64,000 nucleotides of DNA from a virus (lineage: Duplodnaviria > Caudoviricetes). Positions 1-8,504 of the stretch are shown here, one piece after another. The DNA lies in IMG/VR virus record IMGVR_UViG_3300038530_003085, positions 123,394 through 187,393 of that record; one strand, 5' to 3'. Position 1 is the first letter of the stretch; each line of letters opens with the position of its first letter. The translations under genes were made by a program, and so were the position numbers. The notes under the pieces are model-generated. The model made no database searches. It had not been told where the DNA came from and saw only the letters and a program-made list of their open reading frames with translations.

Positions 1-275
1 ATCGAAGTCTTTGGAAACTTTCCACAGACAGGACAATTTTTACGCGGTTCTTTATTAAGTAGTTTTTTGCTTACCTTTATACCATTTACATCAATTTTAT
101 CTTCCCATTCAGAATTTTTGGATGTCTTAGCATAAAATTCTTTCATTTGTTGAAGATATTCTTTTTCCTTATCTTCATCCCAAAATGCTCTGGGATTTGC
201 AATTGCATCGTCGCCATACTTTTCTTTTATAGCTTTCTCAATAGCAGCAATTTGATTAAGATTTTTATTGTTCAT
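1..275 (-). CDS. Hypothetical protein with CxxC motif, 3'-truncated by the window edge
   Basis: Manual translation from ATG at 275: MNNKNLNQIAAIEKAIKEKYGDDAIANPRAFWDE...KNCPVCGKF. Open to position 1, overlaps the upstream stop, absent from the ORF track. Confidence 0.75.
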   Translation of the reverse strand, partial: MNNKNLNQIAAIEKAIKEKYGDDAIANPRAFWDEDKEKEYLQQMKEFYAKTSKNSEWEDKIDVNGIKVSKKLLNKEPRKNCPVCGKFPKTS

Positions 276-687
276 TAAATACCTTATAAGCACCGTATGC
301 ACTCGCAGTTCCCACAGCAACACCTCCAGCAAACCACCACCATTTATATTTTGGTGCTGTTTTCTCTAGAGAGTTTACAAGTGCTTTTATTTCCTTGTCT
401 TTCTCCATTATAAACAAGTCGTATTCTTTTGTTAAAGCATTGTGTTCAATTTTTAAATTCTCTAATTTAAATTCGTATTCTTCTCTCAGTACTTTCAGTT
501 CGTACTCTGTTTTTATCTCGCAGGAATATAATGCTATATCATAACTTGACAATACCTTTGCTATTGCATTTTCGTCAAACAAAACACCAGCAAAGGGTGC
601 TGGGGCTTTATATTCTAATACGGTAAACTTCGCAGGCTCTGTGGCATTTGCGGCCATTGTTAGCAGAAATAATAATTTAAGGAACAT
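265..687 (-). CDS. Secreted/membrane coiled-coil protein, possible spanin-like lysis component
   Basis: Likely start ATG 687 (MFLKLLFLLTMAANA, signal-peptide-like), central coiled coil, C-terminal hydrophobic segment WWWFAGGVAVG; follows the holin-like and i-spanin-like genes. Confidence 0.45.
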   Translation of the reverse strand: MFLKLLFLLTMAANATEPAKFTVLEYKAPAPFAGVLFDENAIAKVLSSYDIALYSCEIKTEYELKVLREEYEFKLENLKIEHNALTKEYDLFIMEKDKEIKALVNSLEKTAPKYKWWWFAGGVAVGTASAYGAYKVFNEQ

Positions 688-1060
688 ACTCGATACCAAA
701 CTTAGATTCTATATCTCTAATTAGTTCTTCTCTGTCACTATTAAACTTATTCTTGTATTTGCCAGCTTTATCTTGTCTTAGTTCATCTATCATATCAAGA
801 GCATCTTCGTAGTCTTTTTCTATTTCGGCAATTGATTCAAGATGACTTTCCATTAGCAATTGTTTTTCTTTAATCTCTTGCTTGTGTATTTCTTTAAGAC
901 CTTCGATTTGTGATTGTGCAGATTCTATTTGTGTCTTATATGTTTTCTGCATTAGATTGTAGTCATACCTCGTCTTAGCGACAACTACGATTGCTAATAC
1001 AACTATTAGTATTTCTTTCCAGTGTGATATAACAAACTCTAAAATTTGTTTTCTAATCAT
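677..1060 (-). CDS. Putative inner-membrane spanin (Rz-like)
   Basis: Start ATG 1060 overlaps the upstream stop; single N-terminal TM (ILIVVLAIVVVA) followed by a long coiled coil. Confidence 0.45.
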   Translation of the reverse strand: MIRKQILEFVISHWKEILIVVLAIVVVAKTRYDYNLMQKTYKTQIESAQSQIEGLKEIHKQEIKEKQLLMESHLESIAEIEKDYEDALDMIDELRQDKAGKYKNKFNSDREELIRDIESKFGIEYVP

Positions 1061-1250
1061 TGTAACCTCGCAATCTAGAGATGCCATCAATAATGGTTTG
1101 GCCCCCGATATAGATTGCTGAAATAATCACCCAGTCTTCGCTAGTAACATGTCCTGCTAGTGTTAAGCCAGTTGCTGCCAGCCAAACCATTAATTTACGT
1201 GATGTAAGCTTAGCTAACCAAGTGTCTAAGAATGCTTGTGCTTTTACCAT
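1053..1250 (-). CDS. Putative holin
   Basis: 65 aa, SRK motif then two TM segments and a charged C-terminus, as in small phage holins. Confidence 0.55.
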   Translation of the reverse strand: MVKAQAFLDTWLAKLTSRKLMVWLAATGLTLAGHVTSEDWVIISAIYIGGQTIIDGISRLRGYND

Positions 1251-1259
1251 ATTGAACCT

Positions 1260-1865
1260 TTAAGTTGTTTCAGTAGTTTCGCTTGGGGGTGTGGGGCTGG
1301 TGGTCGTGGTGATATCTGCTGGGTCTGGCAATTGACCTTTGATTGTCTCTGCCATTTTATTAACTGCTGCAGCTAAACCACCCATTGCAAGGGCAGATAT
1401 AATTGCTGGTTGTTCAGCCATCTTTTTCATAACGTTAAATAGCAACTCAACATTTTCAGGTGTTAATTGTTCAAGTCCTTCTTCAAGTTTACTTTCATTG
1501 GCATCACCAACATTTGCATAAAGTGCAGCTAAATAATCTTTTACTGGGCCATCTGTGCAGCCAACTTTTGAATTATCTTCTTTTTTATAAACACACTTTC
1601 CTTTAGAGTAATAACCTTCAGACAGTTGTTCACCCCTCATATAATTTAATACTGAACTAAGATAATCTTGCGACTTAGTAATCTTGGATTCAACCCACTC
1701 TTCAAGGTTTGTGTCGTCTCCAATCATATCTTGTAGCATCAGTGCAAGTTCTGCTGTTCTGCCAAGTTGGCTGCGAGCCATCGAACCTTCACCGTAGCCA
1801 CCTTCGTTAAGAGAATCAATTTCCTCTTGTATAATTTGTTTAAGTTCGGAGATAGTAATTTTCAT
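1260..1865 (-). CDS. MKIT-leader family protein, multi-module (putative internal head protein)
   Basis: N-terminus MKITISELKQIIQEEIDSLNE, then an EGSMARSQL...WVESKITK module, a C-x11-C module, a hydrophobic helix and a Thr/Pro tail. Confidence 0.6.
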   Translation of the reverse strand: MKITISELKQIIQEEIDSLNEGGYGEGSMARSQLGRTAELALMLQDMIGDDTNLEEWVESKITKSQDYLSSVLNYMRGEQLSEGYYSKGKCVYKKEDNSKVGCTDGPVKDYLAALYANVGDANESKLEEGLEQLTPENVELLFNVMKKMAEQPAIISALAMGGLAAAVNKMAETIKGQLPDPADITTTTSPTPPSETTETT

Positions 1866-1868
1866 TTT

Positions 1869-2177
1869 TTAAAATCCACCTATAGATGTCATCTTTGCAT
1901 TGATCGCAGGATCTGTTAATTTAAATTCAGCAAACGATGCTCTGATAGATTCTTCATCCGCATCTCCGCCATACCATTGAACAAACTTTTCAGTTGCGTT
2001 TAAGCCTTCAAGAAACTTACCACCAAGTCCTGCTTGCTTGCAGATGCCCTCAAAGATCTCTGCTACAGAGGAATCATCTTCCTCAACCAAAACCTCGGTA
2101 ACTTCTTCGGTAATTTCGTCTGTAACTGTTGAGGTTTTTCTAACTAAGGTAGTCCATAAATTTGTTAACCAGTTCAT
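1869..2177 (-). CDS. Hypothetical protein
   Basis: 102-aa ORF, ATGA overlap with the upstream gene, amphipathic N-terminal helix. Confidence 0.7.
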   Translation of the reverse strand: MNWLTNLWTTLVRKTSTVTDEITEEVTEVLVEEDDSSVAEIFEGICKQAGLGGKFLEGLNATEKFVQWYGGDADEESIRASFAEFKLTDPAINAKMTSIGGF

Positions 2178-2434
2178 TTAATTTCTCCTACTTTTTTTAA
2201 TGCTTCAACAAAAGCTTCTAAGTTGGCAACTCTGGTAGCAACTGCATTAAAGTCACCTCTTTGCGCTGCTTGCATAGCATCTTCTAGATTTTCCATAATA
2301 CCTCTTTTGACGCCCTTTACGCTTCTAACTCCGCCACCGGGAACTTCTACATCCGGGCTACGTGTTTGGCCGCGAACATAATCTCTCAATTCTTCATCAA
2401 TAATTTCTTTGAGTATTTGCTTTGTGATTTTCAT
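2174..2434 (-). CDS. MKIT-leader family protein
   Basis: Likely start ATG 2434 (MKITKQILKEIIDEEL) with a GAGG SD and ACTATTTA upstream. Confidence 0.65.
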   Translation of the reverse strand: MKITKQILKEIIDEELRDYVRGQTRSPDVEVPGGGVRSVKGVKRGIMENLEDAMQAAQRGDFNAVATRVANLEAFVEALKKVGEIK

Positions 2435-2464
2435 AGTATATTCCTCTATATGAGTTACTAACAC

Positions 2465-2472
2465 TAAATAGT
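2465..2472 (-). promoter_or_regulatory. Putative phage late promoter motif ACTATTTA
   Basis: Intergenic, about 31 nt upstream of ATG 2434; the same 8-mer precedes 9310, 15698 and 39434. Confidence 0.5.
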
Positions 2473-2489
2473 TTAATTTAAAGTAAAAA

Positions 2490-3137
2490 CTAATTTTCAG
2501 ATGTGGCCCATATTATATTTTTAAACTTCTCTGGCTGTAAACCATAGTAGTTAGTTTTCCACTCTGACTGCTCAAAAAAATCTAAATTAATCCAATCATC
2601 TCTAAACTGCCAAAGTTTTTCTGCCTCCTCATCCCAATTTTTACTTAAAACAAAAGATTCAATTTCTTGTTTTTTAGCTTGCACAGTATCGTAGTCAAAC
2701 CCATCCCACTCATAGTGAAAAACCTCGAAGACACGACCAGAACGATCAACATAATCTATACTAACATCTATTCCCCACTTTGGTTGCATATTGATAACTT
2801 TCCAAAGCATTGGGTTAATGCCAGAATATTTTACTAATTGTTTAACTGCATCACCAGAAAATGCTTTTCTTTCAAATAACTCGCAGTGATTAAAATGTGC
2901 GCCTGTATTCTTATCCCACTCCATCCACGGTTTATGAATTACCCAATCTTGCCTTCGTAGATTTATATCATAGTCTGATATATTTGCATATGCTCGCTCA
3001 ACTTCTGTCAAGTGATAACCATTCTGATCAAACAGAGCAGTGCAGTTGCGATTTAATAATATATCAGGATTTGCTATGGGTTTTGTCCAAAAACCATCTG
3101 TGTCAAACAAAGATTCTAGAACAACTATTTCACTCAT
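2490..3137 (-). CDS. Hypothetical phage protein (Trp/aromatic-rich)
   Basis: 215-aa ORF in operon context; no motif recognised. Confidence 0.7.
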   Translation of the reverse strand: MSEIVVLESLFDTDGFWTKPIANPDILLNRNCTALFDQNGYHLTEVERAYANISDYDINLRRQDWVIHKPWMEWDKNTGAHFNHCELFERKAFSGDAVKQLVKYSGINPMLWKVINMQPKWGIDVSIDYVDRSGRVFEVFHYEWDGFDYDTVQAKKQEIESFVLSKNWDEEAEKLWQFRDDWINLDFFEQSEWKTNYYGLQPEKFKNIIWATSEN

Positions 3138-3143
3138 CTTAAT

Positions 3144-3383
3144 TCAGTTGGCCAAGTCTCGTTTAGCGCTATCCATTTCATCCTTGTGACGCTCAAGCCA
3201 GCGCTCAGCTTCTTCATCAGAAAGATCAGTAGTTAAACTCTTTAGTGTTTCCTTGGCGCTTTTTCCTGTTTTCATCATTTTTTTAACGACAAGCTGGGCT
3301 GAATGTGGTACTGCGCGCTCATCAAGTGTGGCTTCCAATTCCTCTTTAATAATCTGCTTAAGTTGTTGTTTTGTAATCTTCAT
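3144..3383 (-). CDS. MKIT-leader family protein
   Basis: N-terminus MKITKQQLKQIIKEELEATLDE. Confidence 0.7.
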   Translation of the reverse strand: MKITKQQLKQIIKEELEATLDERAVPHSAQLVVKKMMKTGKSAKETLKSLTTDLSDEEAERWLERHKDEMDSAKRDLAN

Positions 3384-3421
3384 GTTGCTAATCCATTCAT
3401 ACTATAATTGTTTTCAAATCT

Positions 3422-3685
3422 TCAATTTTTTGAGTAGACACCTTCAAGCGCATCATAATAAGGATCCAACTTCTTATTGTTCATGGCAGCATCAATCTGA
3501 TCATCGCTTAACTGTGGAAATTGTTGCTTAACCGCATTGTGAAGATCTGTATTATCCATGTCATCAAAGGGAGAGTCTTTGATGATCTTAATGATTGCAT
3601 CAACCAATGATTCTTTTAAAACCTCTGTCTTCTCTTCCATAAAATAACGAGGATCAAATCTTTTTGTGTTTTTATGTCTAGCCAT
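3422..3685 (-). CDS. Hypothetical protein (DPRYF...LKE N-terminus)
   Basis: 87 aa with a GGAG SD; basic N-terminus followed by an LxE site and a small acidic helical domain. Confidence 0.65.
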   Translation of the reverse strand: MARHKNTKRFDPRYFMEEKTEVLKESLVDAIIKIIKDSPFDDMDNTDLHNAVKQQFPQLSDDQIDAAMNNKKLDPYYDALEGVYSKN

Positions 3686-3694
3686 TATAATCTC

Positions 3695-4831
3695 CTATGT
3701 TGCCAATCCATTCATACTTAGTATCGCAATCAAACCGGGCACATTTTTTCTGACATAAACACCAGAGAAAAGTGTCTCACATCGACCGCCGACATAAGCG
3801 ATTGCCGACTCAATATTTTTGCTAACTCTTGGGTCAGCTACCATCTCTTCTGATACAACCAGCACCAATGATCCTGCTGCAGCCTTACCTTTGGGTGGAG
3901 GACAGGCAGAACGATTCATGCAGTTATGGAGGATCACCGATCCAAGCTTTCCAGTATTTGGATCTTTAATCATAGTTGAGCCCATGAAGGCACGACCGTC
4001 ATTGCCCAGACAAGTTTCTAAGTCCTTACTATCAAAAGACTGGATCGGTGAATCCTCATTGGAGAGTTTCAAAACTTGGGCTAATGACTTTGCAAATTGT
4101 GTGTTGGCGACCGGATACATACCCAGCATACCAATTCTACCACGAAGTAATCTTGTTGCTCGTTCGTTATCAAGAATGATGTGTGGATGTCTTGACACAT
4201 CATTCGCAAGAGTGAGAGCATTTCTAGCTATTGTGGGGTTGAGATTTTCTTGTGCTGTTGGCCAAGATGTGACATACACTACTTGCCCAGAAGCTTGAAC
4301 AGAGCGAAGGTACCGCTCAAACACAGGATGAAGAGCAGTGACAGAACTACCGGTCCCACCGCCACCGCCAGCAAGGACGAATAACCAATCAACTTTACCA
4401 AGTTTGATGCGCAGAGCATCTTCAACAATCGCTCCATTTTGTGTTAATACCTCTTTTCCATATTCTACATTTTTGCCAATACCGTCGGCATCGGGAATGA
4501 GGACAACGTGATCCTCTTCAACATTCTTAGGAATGTCTTTGCCTGTTGTATTAACAAGCAATGTTTTGTTAAAGCCAAGCTCAATAAAAGCGTTAGCCAT
4601 TTTGTTGCCTCCACCGCCGACGCCAACAAAGCCCACATTAATTGAAGAAGGAGCGGTATTTTCTGGGAGTAAATCTTCATCAGAGTATTCCATCTGTAAT
4701 CCAAAATCTTCGACCATTCCGAAATCCTCAGCATCAACTTCTTCGTGATAGTGGTCTTTCTCCTGATTAAAGGAGGGTGGTGGTTCCGCGGGAGGCAGAA
4801 AATCAAATTCGTTGTTATCGTTGTTAGACAT
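3695..4831 (-). CDS. Tubulin/FtsZ-family GTPase (phage tubulin, PhuZ/TubZ-like)
   Basis: VGVGGGGNK T1 loop, GGGGGTGS tubulin signature, ILDNE, T7-like FDSKD; acidic N-terminal extension. Confidence 0.9.
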   Translation of the reverse strand: MSNNDNNEFDFLPPAEPPPSFNQEKDHYHEEVDAEDFGMVEDFGLQMEYSDEDLLPENTAPSSINVGFVGVGGGGNKMANAFIELGFNKTLLVNTTGKDIPKNVEEDHVVLIPDADGIGKNVEYGKEVLTQNGAIVEDALRIKLGKVDWLFVLAGGGGGTGSSVTALHPVFERYLRSVQASGQVVYVTSWPTAQENLNPTIARNALTLANDVSRHPHIILDNERATRLLRGRIGMLGMYPVANTQFAKSLAQVLKLSNEDSPIQSFDSKDLETCLGNDGRAFMGSTMIKDPNTGKLGSVILHNCMNRSACPPPKGKAAAGSLVLVVSEEMVADPRVSKNIESAIAYVGGRCETLFSGVYVRKNVPGLIAILSMNGLAT

Positions 4832-5184
4832 TATTTATATGTATCCTTAATTACTGCAGCCATCTTATCACCATATCGTGTGTATGGTTGATCAGCCGTA
4901 AGCTGTGATAGCAAGTCTTGTGCTTCTGTATCTGAGTATGTAGAGAAAGCAGCACGAATGACATCTTCAGCATATCTTCTTTTTATTTTCTCATTACCTA
5001 TATCCAATTTAGAATATAAATTTTTTAGAGGCTTTAAAACCATTTTTACATATTCAGGATTATCAAATGCTTTTGCTAAGTTAAAAACTTCTTGTCGAAA
5101 TTCTCTCTGAGATAATCTTTCAGTTAGAACTGATTCTAACTCTTCTTTGATGACTTGCTTAAGTTCTGACCTTTTCATTTTCAT
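4831..5184 (-). CDS. MKIT-leader family protein
   Basis: N-terminus MKMKRSELKQVIKEELESVLTE. Confidence 0.65.
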   Translation of the reverse strand: MKMKRSELKQVIKEELESVLTERLSQREFRQEVFNLAKAFDNPEYVKMVLKPLKNLYSKLDIGNEKIKRRYAEDVIRAAFSTYSDTEAQDLLSQLTADQPYTRYGDKMAAVIKDTYK

Positions 5185-8100
5185 TATTGGTTAACCTTTG
5201 CATATCCTGCTTTTTTATCAATCACGATTTGCATATCAACACAATCTTTGAGCGAATCAAGGTGCGAGATTAACAAAACATTCTTGAAATATACCTTAAT
5301 TAGTTCCAAAATCTGAATAAAACCCGACATATTGTCTTCGTCCAATGCTGTACCCGGCTCATCAAGGATAAATAAGTCTGACTTTGGCAGAGATGAAACT
5401 CCCAACAATGCTAAGCGGATAGCCATTGCTGACAGTGATTTTTCAGCGCCAGATGCCATTTCAATGGGTCGCTCTTCATACTTTGGATGCTTGATATTGA
5501 TATCAAACTTATTACCTGCAGCTTCAAAGAATACTTCAAAGTCAACAATATTAGCAAGCACCTTCGCAATCTCTTCGTTGATTACTGGTATCTTCTTCTT
5601 AATAACATCGTAAGCGATACCATTTGGGTGCATACATTGCATAAACAGGTCATACGCAGCAAACTCGGTCTGTAGATCTTGGTATTCCTGCTTTTGTTCT
5701 TTAATAGTTTCAATCTTTTGTTCGTATGAACCAACAGACTTGACAAGCTCAAGTGTGGCAGCATCACAGGTATCAATCTTCTTTTGTGTTTGTTCAATCT
5801 TATAATGACACTTGTTTAGCTGAGTTACCAACACTTCAAGGTTTTCAATTGCTTCCTTGTTTTCTTCATACTCGTCACGCTTGGTACGTAATTCTTTTAG
5901 CTTATCTTCCAAAGACAGGACAGAGTTTTTGTTTCTTTCAATCTCAAGATTTAAATCAGCAATCTCTGATGATACGGTGTGTTTGTTGGACTCTATCTTA
6001 TTATACCGTTCAAATTGTATTTCTACATCAGCAGGATTTAGACTTTTAATTTCTTCCGTGATTATATTAATTGTTTGTAATGTGTCAGCTTGTTGAGATT
6101 CAACATCAGCTTTTCTGCTAACGGCTGATTGTGCTTCTTTGACAAACTCATTACTAGAACAATATTTACAATCAGGATCATATTCATGATCGTGCAACAA
6201 ACTCTCTTTCTTTAAAATATAGTTGTGTTCTTCAATTAATTTGTCGAGATTGTCCTCCTGAGTTTTTAGTTGTTCTTTATACTGATTAATTTGTTGTCGC
6301 TGTGTTTCAAATTTTTGCAAATCAAACTCATCGAGAAAACTTACAATTTTCTTATACACACCTTGTTTTGTTTTTAAAGTATCAGCAAATTTGTCATTCT
6401 CAAGATTGTGTTTGGTTATTTCATTTTCTTTTAATCTAATTTCTTTGTTAACTGCCGAGATGTCAATAATTTCAGCAGGTATGGAATCAATCTTAGACTC
6501 AATCTCATTTTTAACATCAGTCAACTCTACAACTGCTTCTTTCAAGGCAGTGCAGACCGACTTATGTTCACTCATCTGCTGTCTAGCTTCGATGAGTGAT
6601 GCGTTCACAGCATCAAGTTCATCGTCATAGTTTTTACTTTCGAGTCTCTTGAGAGCGCCCTTAAGATCAACTGAATCTTCCTTGGCTAACTTAAACTTGC
6701 GATCAAACAACTCAAGATCAAGAAACTTAGCTATAATCTCTTTACGACGAGTTGAACCTTCATCAATAAATGCCAAAGCACCGTGCTGTGATGATAAAGA
6801 TGAAACTGCAAAGTCATCAAGTGTACCAAACTGTTTTCGTATGTTGGCATCGGTGAGTGTTCTTGTGAGACCATTTAAAGATGTAGTTTCATCCATAACT
6901 GGGTCATACACTTCAAAGTTCAACTCCGTCTTAGCCTCTAGTGTCTCTTCACCTTTCAGCCTTTTGATGTACTTCTTAGCTTTTCGTTCGACTGTATAGA
7001 CCAAATCATTAATCTGTATTGTTACCTTTCCGCGACAATCTTCTTTGTTCTGGTTAATAACATTCAAGTTCTTTCGTTCATTCTTGGATGTTGTATTAAA
7101 TAGTGTCCACAGGATACCATCAATAATACTACTCTTACCAGAAAAGTTTTTACCAAAGATTCCAATAATGCCACTTAGCTCTTCAAAGCTAACATTATTA
7201 CCATCCCCGTAATTAAACAGATTGTCAAACTCAAAGTCAACAAGTTTCCAGTTAATATTTCTCGATACATCTTCATTGTCCTCAACAATTTTATTATACT
7301 TCTTATTTAGTTCGTAAACTTTCTCAAGTGTAGTTTCTGCTACTTCGTAATCGACCAAATATTCATCGATTAGTTCTTCTTGTACTTTGATATCCCGCAG
7401 ATTTTCAGTTTGCAGACCATCAGTTAGTGCCTCAACAGATCCCCGCTCACCAGATGCACGATTTAAAAATGATATTGTTTCTGGCTTAAAACGATGCTTT
7501 GCTACGTCAACTGCTCTCTTCATAGCATCGAGCGGTAAATTATTATTGCTAACGAGACGGAGACGAGCACCAAGCGGAATAGAAATATTCTTTGGCATTC
7601 GTCCCTTGCGTGTAAGCTCGATAGTAATAAATGGCTTTGGGTTAGTAAGCGAGACGTGCCTTGTTGTCCAAGTATTTTTATCTTGGATATCCCAAATAAG
7701 ATAACCCTTATCATTTGACTCGCCATGATTCTGTTGCACAAGTGAGCCCGGGTATCGTGCTCGACCATCATTGTCAACTTTTTGATCTGTCTTGTGAATA
7801 TCACCCAGCATTGCATAATCATACTTCTCAAGCTCTTCGAGTGATATGTCACCGTGCGTCATCATCCAGCCACTATCAGTCACTGAACCTACGACGGAAC
7901 CATGGTACAACGCAATATTAACTCGATCATCCGGCAGTTCTTTTTGCCAATTCTCTGGATCAACTATTGATAGTACGTGCAAGTCAATACCGGGTGCAAC
8001 CTCAACTACTGATGCGTATTTATGAAAGTGAATATTTGGGTGCTCTAGATAATCAACAATCGGAGATATAGCATCTAGCCGACCACTATTCTTGAGGTTC

Positions 8101-8351
8101 ATATCGTGATTGCCAAGAATCATATGATATGGTGCGATATCTGCCAAACCAACAAATAACTCACTCATCATCCTAATTGCTTCAGGGCTTAAATCTAACT
8201 TTGTATGAAACGTATCACCGGTGTTAACGATAATATCAGGCTTTTCTTCTCTTAGCTTTTCATAAAGCTGTTCAAATACGGCTCGATATTCTTTGTGGTA
8301 TTTAAGTTTTCGCACATGAATATCAGAGACGTGTGCTATTTTAATGCTCAC
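5184..8351 (-). CDS. Fused Mre11/SbcD nuclease - Rad50/SbcC ATPase (gp47-gp46-like)
   Basis: Likely GTG start 8351 with a GGAG SD. Metallophosphoesterase motifs DIH, GD, GNHD, GDIH; Walker A GKNFSGKSS; coiled coil with zinc hook CKYC; ASGAE signature; Walker B ILDE; ISH loop. Confidence 0.92.
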   Translation of the reverse strand: MSIKIAHVSDIHVRKLKYHKEYRAVFEQLYEKLREEKPDIIVNTGDTFHTKLDLSPEAIRMMSELFVGLADIAPYHMILGNHDMNLKNSGRLDAISPIVDYLEHPNIHFHKYASVVEVAPGIDLHVLSIVDPENWQKELPDDRVNIALYHGSVVGSVTDSGWMMTHGDISLEELEKYDYAMLGDIHKTDQKVDNDGRARYPGSLVQQNHGESNDKGYLIWDIQDKNTWTTRHVSLTNPKPFITIELTRKGRMPKNISIPLGARLRLVSNNNLPLDAMKRAVDVAKHRFKPETISFLNRASGERGSVEALTDGLQTENLRDIKVQEELIDEYLVDYEVAETTLEKVYELNKKYNKIVEDNEDVSRNINWKLVDFEFDNLFNYGDGNNVSFEELSGIIGIFGKNFSGKSSIIDGILWTLFNTTSKNERKNLNVINQNKEDCRGKVTIQINDLVYTVERKAKKYIKRLKGEETLEAKTELNFEVYDPVMDETTSLNGLTRTLTDANIRKQFGTLDDFAVSSLSSQHGALAFIDEGSTRRKEIIAKFLDLELFDRKFKLAKEDSVDLKGALKRLESKNYDDELDAVNASLIEARQQMSEHKSVCTALKEAVVELTDVKNEIESKIDSIPAEIIDISAVNKEIRLKENEITKHNLENDKFADTLKTKQGVYKKIVSFLDEFDLQKFETQRQQINQYKEQLKTQEDNLDKLIEEHNYILKKESLLHDHEYDPDCKYCSSNEFVKEAQSAVSRKADVESQQADTLQTINIITEEIKSLNPADVEIQFERYNKIESNKHTVSSEIADLNLEIERNKNSVLSLEDKLKELRTKRDEYEENKEAIENLEVLVTQLNKCHYKIEQTQKKIDTCDAATLELVKSVGSYEQKIETIKEQKQEYQDLQTEFAAYDLFMQCMHPNGIAYDVIKKKIPVINEEIAKVLANIVDFEVFFEAAGNKFDINIKHPKYEERPIEMASGAEKSLSAMAIRLALLGVSSLPKSDLFILDEPGTALDEDNMSGFIQILELIKVYFKNVLLISHLDSLKDCVDMQIVIDKKAGYAKVNQ

Positions 8352-8359
8352 AAACTCTC

Positions 8360-8455
8360 CTAGTTTAACATCATCCAAAAGAGAGCACTGAAACCATACC
8401 ATGAGGTATAAATGAAGATCGCTTTTACAAGTGTATCAATGATAAAACTAAACAT
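8360..8455 (-). CDS. Small hydrophobic peptide (31 aa), not in ORF track
   Basis: GGAGGG SD then ATG 8455; MFSFIIDTLVKAIFIYTSWYGFSALFWMMLN; its TAG overlaps the SD of the nuclease gene. Confidence 0.6.
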   Translation of the reverse strand: MFSFIIDTLVKAIFIYTSWYGFSALFWMMLN

Positions 8456-8475
8456 ATGTGCCCTCCAATATATAT

Positions 8476-8504
8476 ACTATATCACTGCACTAGCAAGCTG
8501 TCAA
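8476..8504 (-). promoter_or_regulatory. Sigma70-type promoter
   Basis: TTGACA (8504-8499), 17-nt spacer, TATAGT (8481-8476). Confidence 0.8.

Noticed and set aside
3695-4831. Nucleus-forming (Chimalliviridae) assignment or host ftsZ
   Set aside because: No chimallin or multisubunit RNAP is recognisable in the window; there is no dcw-cluster context or FtsZ C-terminal peptide.
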